Under the pieces are notes generated by a model. The model was not told the origin of the DNA. It did not search any database and saw only the letters and a list, made by a program, of their open reading frames with translations. Below, in pieces: positions 59,495 to 64,000 of a stretch of 64,000 nt of DNA. Where the stretch lies: the NCBI GenBank assembly GCA_965238005.1, contig OZ250165.1, positions 4,576,001 through 4,640,000 of the forward strand, written 5' to 3'. A program made the translations under genes and the position numbers. Each line of letters opens with the position of its first letter. The first letter of the stretch is position 1. This DNA comes from Longimicrobiales bacterium. GTDB lineage: Bacteria > Gemmatimonadota > Gemmatimonadetes > Longimicrobiales > Gaopeijiaceae.

Positions 59495-61165
59495 TTACTC
59501 CCCGCCGGCCCTCCCCTTCCGCGGGATCCGCCCGTCCCTCATGGCCGCGTGGTACACGAACGTGGCCATGATGACGGCGTTCTTCATCAGGTCCTCGATG
59601 GGGATGGTGTCGAAGAAGTCCAGGTTGGTGTGACCGCCGGTGCCGCCCACTCGGGCCTGTAGGAACTGGAACCCCGGAAGGCCGACAGCATCGAACGGCA
59701 CGTGGTCGGTGCTACCCCTATTCTGTACCGAGATGGTCGTCATCCCCATATCCCTGAGCGGCTCCATCCACGACGCGAACGTCTGGCGGACGTGCTCATT
59801 CCCCTGTAGGAAGATCCCGCGGTACTGCCCGGGCCCGTAGTCCTGGTTGAAGTACACGGAGAACTTCTCGTACTCGGGAGTGACGCCCACCGAGGGGTCA
59901 TCGGGATCGCCGAAGTGCTTCTTCACGTACGCGCGGGAGCCGTAGAGGCCCTGCTCCTCGCCCGACCACAGGGCGACGCGAACCGTGCGCCGCGGCGCGG
60001 CGCCCACGGCCCGGAGGATGCGCACGGCCTCGAGCATCACCGCCACGCCCGACGTGTTGTCGCTGGCGTTGGGGCTGGCGTGCCAGGTGTCGAAGTGAGC
60101 GCCCAGCATCACGACCTCGTCCGCGAGGTCGGTACCGGGGATCTCGCCCAGCACGTTGTTCGCCTGCCTCACCGTGTCACCGTGACGGTTCTGGACCTCG
60201 ACCTCGATGGTCACGGGGATGTCTCGTTTGAGGATGCGGTACATCCGGTTGTAGTGCTCGGGCGTCACGGCGACGTTGGGCACGGAGGAGAGCGTCACGT
60301 CCCGCGCCCAGAGGTCGACCCTGGCGCCCGGACGGGCGAAGCCCCGGACCGCTCCCGGCCAGCCGCTCCGGGACTCCAGGACCACGGCGACATCCTCGGC
60401 CACGAAGAAGGCCAGCCGCTCCTCGGCCGTGAGCACGTCCGGGTTCCGCGGCGGATCCGGATACAGGCGAGAGAAGTAGGGGTCCGGGCCCGCCGCCGGC
60501 AGCACCACGTCCTCCTCCAGCGCCCACAGCTCCCGGTCCGTCCGTCGTGGAGTACCCGTGGCGAATCGCGTCAGGTCGATCCTGGGCGGAGGGGTCCCAA
60601 GCACCGCCATCCCGCGGAGCCGACCCCGGTATCGCTCGAGGTCCTGCCTCGTCTGAACGTCGGCGATCACGACCTGGAGCCGCTGCTTCCCGTCCGTGCC
60701 TGGCGTGTGCGCGATCGGGTAGCCGACCATGGGCGTGTAGTCCGGCTCCATGAGGTGCAGGGAGACGTACTCGTTGTCCCAGCTCACCCCGTAGTCCATG
60801 AACGGCTCGCGGACCGTGTTGACCAGCCCGATCCGCTCCATCTCGCCCAGGACCCACTCCTGCGCGCGCTCCATGTCACGGGAGTTCGTGAGACGTGCGC
60901 CCAGCACGTCGGTCAAGTAGGAGAAGGTGTTCGCGAGCTGGGAACGCTGGAGCCCCTCCTCGCGGATGCGGGCCACCATCTGCAGGTCGACCGGGTGCGG
61001 CGTGATGGCGCGGGTCCGCTCTGGGATGGCCTCACGGGCCGACGACTGCGCCTCGGCTTGCGGGGCGATGATGAGCGAGACCCCTAAGAGGCCGGCCGAG
61101 ACGAGCCCGCGTCGGGTGGTGCGGCGAACGAGCGCCAGCCGGGTAGTGCGTTTGCTTGGATTCAT
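59495..61165 (-). CDS. Secreted M28-family metallopeptidase
   Basis: GAHFDTW, ASDNTSG, WSGEEQGLYGS, STDH, HTNLD. Confidence 0.92.
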   Translation of the reverse strand: MNPSKRTTRLALVRRTTRRGLVSAGLLGVSLIIAPQAEAQSSAREAIPERTRAITPHPVDLQMVARIREEGLQRSQLANTFSYLTDVLGARLTNSRDMERAQEWVLGEMERIGLVNTVREPFMDYGVSWDNEYVSLHLMEPDYTPMVGYPIAHTPGTDGKQRLQVVIADVQTRQDLERYRGRLRGMAVLGTPPPRIDLTRFATGTPRRTDRELWALEEDVVLPAAGPDPYFSRLYPDPPRNPDVLTAEERLAFFVAEDVAVVLESRSGWPGAVRGFARPGARVDLWARDVTLSSVPNVAVTPEHYNRMYRILKRDIPVTIEVEVQNRHGDTVRQANNVLGEIPGTDLADEVVMLGAHFDTWHASPNASDNTSGVAVMLEAVRILRAVGAAPRRTVRVALWSGEEQGLYGSRAYVKKHFGDPDDPSVGVTPEYEKFSVYFNQDYGPGQYRGIFLQGNEHVRQTFASWMEPLRDMGMTTISVQNRGSTDHVPFDAVGLPGFQFLQARVGGTGGHTNLDFFDTIPIEDLMKNAVIMATFVYHAAMRDGRIPRKGRAGGE

Positions 61166-61195
61166 GGCCCGAAGACTCCGTTCTGGGGATCCGCC

Positions 61196-61266
61196 TACGT
61201 ATCACTTCCGATATCCGGATACGTATCTCTTCGGTATCAGGATACGTATCACGTCCGGTGTCCGGC
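61196..61266. repeat. Three degenerate tandem repeats (24/23-bp spacing)
   Basis: TACGTATC at 61196, 61220 and 61243, each followed by a (A/T)C(T/G)TC..T.TC.GG-like tail. Confidence 0.8.
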
Positions 61267-61425
61267 CCGCGCCTCATCCGGGGTCCCTCTTGCGGCCAGG
61301 GTGCTCGAATGATTCTAGGGCGCCAACGGCCTCTGTGCACGAGGCTGCGAGTTACTTCTATACTATTTGTATCCACGCTTGCCTTTCTGCTTGTCCCACG
61401 ATTCGCGAAGACCCGAGGGCGGCCC

Positions 61426-62013
61426 ATGACCACAACGCCGGCGGACTCGTCCGACAGCGGGCCTCTTAGCACCGACGAGCGCGAGACGCTCCGGATTGCC
61501 AACGAGCGTCTGAACAAGCAGATCCTCGGCGCGGCGAAGGTCGCGACATTCAACGCGTGGACCCTCGCCGTCTTCGGAGGTCTGTCCGTGATGGCCGGGG
61601 TGTTCAGCCTCACCGGTCTGGTGGTCGGCGCGGGGCTGCTCGCCTTCGCCTGGAACGAGTTCCGGGGCCGCAGTCTTCTCCGGAAGCTCGATCTCGAGGG
61701 GCCCAAGGTCCTGGCGTGGAACCAGATCGCCCTGGCCGGTGGCGTCCTCGTATACTGCGCGTGGAGCTCCTATCGGGCTTGGGCGGATCACGGGGACGAG
61801 CTCGCCCAGTTCGAGGCCGCACTGGGCGTCTCCGCCCGGGATGTGGCGCTCCTGGCGATCTTGATCTACGCCATCGTCTTCGTGGTGACGGCGGTCGTGC
61901 TGGGCTTCACCGCCCGCTACCACCTTGTGCGCGAGCGGCGCCTCGAACAGTACCTTGGGGAAACGCCGGCGTGGGTCGTCGCCATCCAGCGGTCGATGTC
62001 GCCGCTCGCCTAG
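61426..62013 (+). CDS. Multi-TM hypothetical membrane protein
   Basis: About 4 hydrophobic segments; start 61426 preferred. Confidence 0.7.
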   Translation: MTTTPADSSDSGPLSTDERETLRIANERLNKQILGAAKVATFNAWTLAVFGGLSVMAGVFSLTGLVVGAGLLAFAWNEFRGRSLLRKLDLEGPKVLAWNQIALAGGVLVYCAWSSYRAWADHGDELAQFEAALGVSARDVALLAILIYAIVFVVTAVVLGFTARYHLVRERRLEQYLGETPAWVVAIQRSMSPLA

Positions 62014-62053
62014 AGCTCGTCTCGCTGCCCTCTCTCGCGTGCCTGGCCCGCCT

Positions 62054-64000
62054 CTACGCCGGGGGCTTGAGCGTTCCGGTCAGGTTGTAGTTCGCCGGAT
62101 GCCGCATTCCATCTCCATCCGGTGGGTCCTGCTGCTTTGGGAGAACGGAGTTCGTGGAATCGTAGACGAGCATTCCGTTGATTCCGGTGACCCGGCCTTC
62201 CCCATCCAGGACCGGCGTTCCCATGAATGTCACCAGCGTGTTGTCGAAGCCGGCGGCGCGCCCCGAACCCGTCGTGTTGAAGCTTCCATCCGCCCCCACG
62301 GAGCCGGTCGTTTTGATCCACAGGACCGAGCCGCTGGTGAACTCGATCATTCCACCGGGGAGGAGTTGGGCCATGATCATGGTGACGTTGCCGAGCTGGA
62401 TGAACTCCTCATGTCCGTTCGGATCGCCACCTTCCTTTACGGTGATTGCGACATTGAAGCCGAACTTGCAGAGCTCTCCATCGGCGCCCTTCGCGAGGCC
62501 GTCGGTAATGGTTGGTGTCGTTCCTTTGATGGGTATCAGGCCGTTCGTGCCGGCGGCACCCCCTATCGACTTCTCCGGTGCTCCGTCTCCCCCGTCTCCC
62601 CCATTCCCGGCGTCCTCCACGAGGAGATCTCCAGGCGTACCCGAGAGTTCTGCGTTCGCCCCGCCCAGGCCCCCGTCACCGTTCCCGCCAGTGAGCGTTC
62701 CTCCCGGTCCCCCGTTTCCGCCCCGCTCAAGCAGGAAGTTGTCCATGCAGGGCTCCCAGCCCATTCCGCCGTTCCCGCCCACGAACCGTGCGAGGCCACC
62801 ATTCCCCGGCGTCCCCGGCGGTCGGGCACCAAAGGACAAGGACAGTACCGTTCCTCCGGTTCCCCCGCGCACAAACATGTCTGGACCCATGGCGCCGATG
62901 GGAACTCTTTGCTGCCTTTGCCGCCATCCCCTCCGCTCCCGAGGGCGTCTCCGCCGTTCCCGGCCCTAGGCTCACTGAACGTCAGGGTGAATCCTTGTGC
63001 GTTCGGAGTGGGATCAATATTTGGCTGATGAACGATCCCGGCGGGCCCACCGACCGCGCTAAGGTTCCCTCCTTTCGTCGCCGCTGCGGAGGTGGTCGCA
63101 TCGTCCCCGAACTCGCCGAGCGCTCGTGCTGTACCCCCGTTTCCGCTAACGCCTCGGACATTAAGCAGAGTGCCTGAGCCTACCCCCCCGGCCGTTGGGG
63201 TCATCTCTAGGATCCCCCCATCCCCTCCGGGTCCCCCGGTCGCGTTCGCTGGGTCTCCCTCGGAGAAGGCATCGCCACCTTTACCGCCATCTCCAGTGGA
63301 GAGGGTATTGTGATTTTCGACGGTTATTGTGCCGCTCCGGCTCGCGATTCTGATGTTGCCGCCCGATGCTCCCGCTCCCCCGGTTGCACTTCCAATAGGG
63401 TTGGTAGCTTTCCCACCCATCCCTCCGTCTCCTGCAGTGAACGTGGTGCCCAGGAGGCTGAGTTCCCCCATACACCGGACGGTGATGTTCCCACCTGGGC
63501 GTCCGTCTTTGCCGACCGCAGCGCTGGGGGCCCCATCCAGACCGTCGTTCCTGTTGATCCCGGCCCCGGAGGCCCGGAAGGTGCAGTGCTAGGTAGCGTC
63601 ATTGGTCTGCGCCGTCGAGTTCCCAAGCAGTGCCGGAGACAGAACGGCCCCCAGCGAGGCGAGAGCAGCCAGATCATTCCTGAGAGTGATGTCTCCCGTA
63701 CTCGTGAGCACGGCCCCGTCGAAGGTCACGGTGCCGCCGCCCACGATCGTAAGGCCCGGCGACTCCTCGCCCACGAGGCCGGCGCAGTCGTTGTTCACGA
63801 CTCCGGTGACCACCACCGTCGCCGACCCGTTGACCGTTATGGGGACGCAGTCGCCCATGATGGCTCCATCGATCTGCACGTTCCCGCTGGCGTTGATCGT
63901 CAGTGGGCCCGTGGCCGTGATCGTCACTCCGACCGGGATCATCACCTCGGCCACGTTGAGCGTGCCCCCCACGTCCTGATCGCCCGTGGGCTCGAACGGC
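62054..64000 (-). pseudogene. Large Gly-rich repeat (GGxGG) surface-protein gene, disrupted; 5' end is outside the window
   Basis: One reading (..DVGGTLNV..NDAT) is broken by an in-frame TAG at 63589-91, continues GGNITVRCMGELS.., then frameshifts near 62901 (KEFP to IGAMGPDM). Confidence 0.75.

Noticed and set aside
61196..61266. Mini CRISPR array (also considered for 37166-37209)
   Set aside because: Period only 23-24 bp, no unique spacers, no cas genes
63589..63591. Pyrrolysine or readthrough at the in-frame TAG
   Set aside because: The same gene also has a frameshift, many genes here end in TAG, and no pyl genes are visible

Overview
GC-rich bacterial chromosomal window. The gene content looks like Gemmatimonadota or Acidobacteria; this is an inference with no database search behind it. 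Intact modules, left to right: a Tat-exported PaoA-like 2Fe-2S subunit (runs off the left edge); a TPR lipoprotein, Ser/Thr kinase, double-FHA and PP2C signalling cluster; an 8-gene accessory type II fatty-acid/lipid operon (FabL-like, FabH-like, FabA, FabZ-like, FabB/F, ACP, PlsC-like, PPTase); an APC-EIIA-RCK_C fusion transporter; korC-like-korA-korB plus a MOSC protein; thiC with a TPP riboswitch; a pilin-like pair; a type-C two-domain multicopper oxidase plus ZIP transporter operon under a DtxR/MntR-type palindrome; hemY and hemH; a 9-gene MoxR/vWA/DUF4159/DUF4175/TPR-peptidase operon; an IS481-family element; a DUF4331-TPR pair; M24 and M28 peptidases. Between these clean genes lie about ten decayed genes. 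Several are 'telescoped', keeping start and end but losing the middle: guaA, ettA, a K+ channel, a divergent NorCB-like heme-copper oxidase and a Cys-motif protein. Two palindromic MITE-like elements sit on stop codons, and two upstream regions carry TACGTAT repeats with 23-24 bp spacing. No rRNA, tRNA or CRISPR array was seen. All functional calls come from motif recognition by eye.
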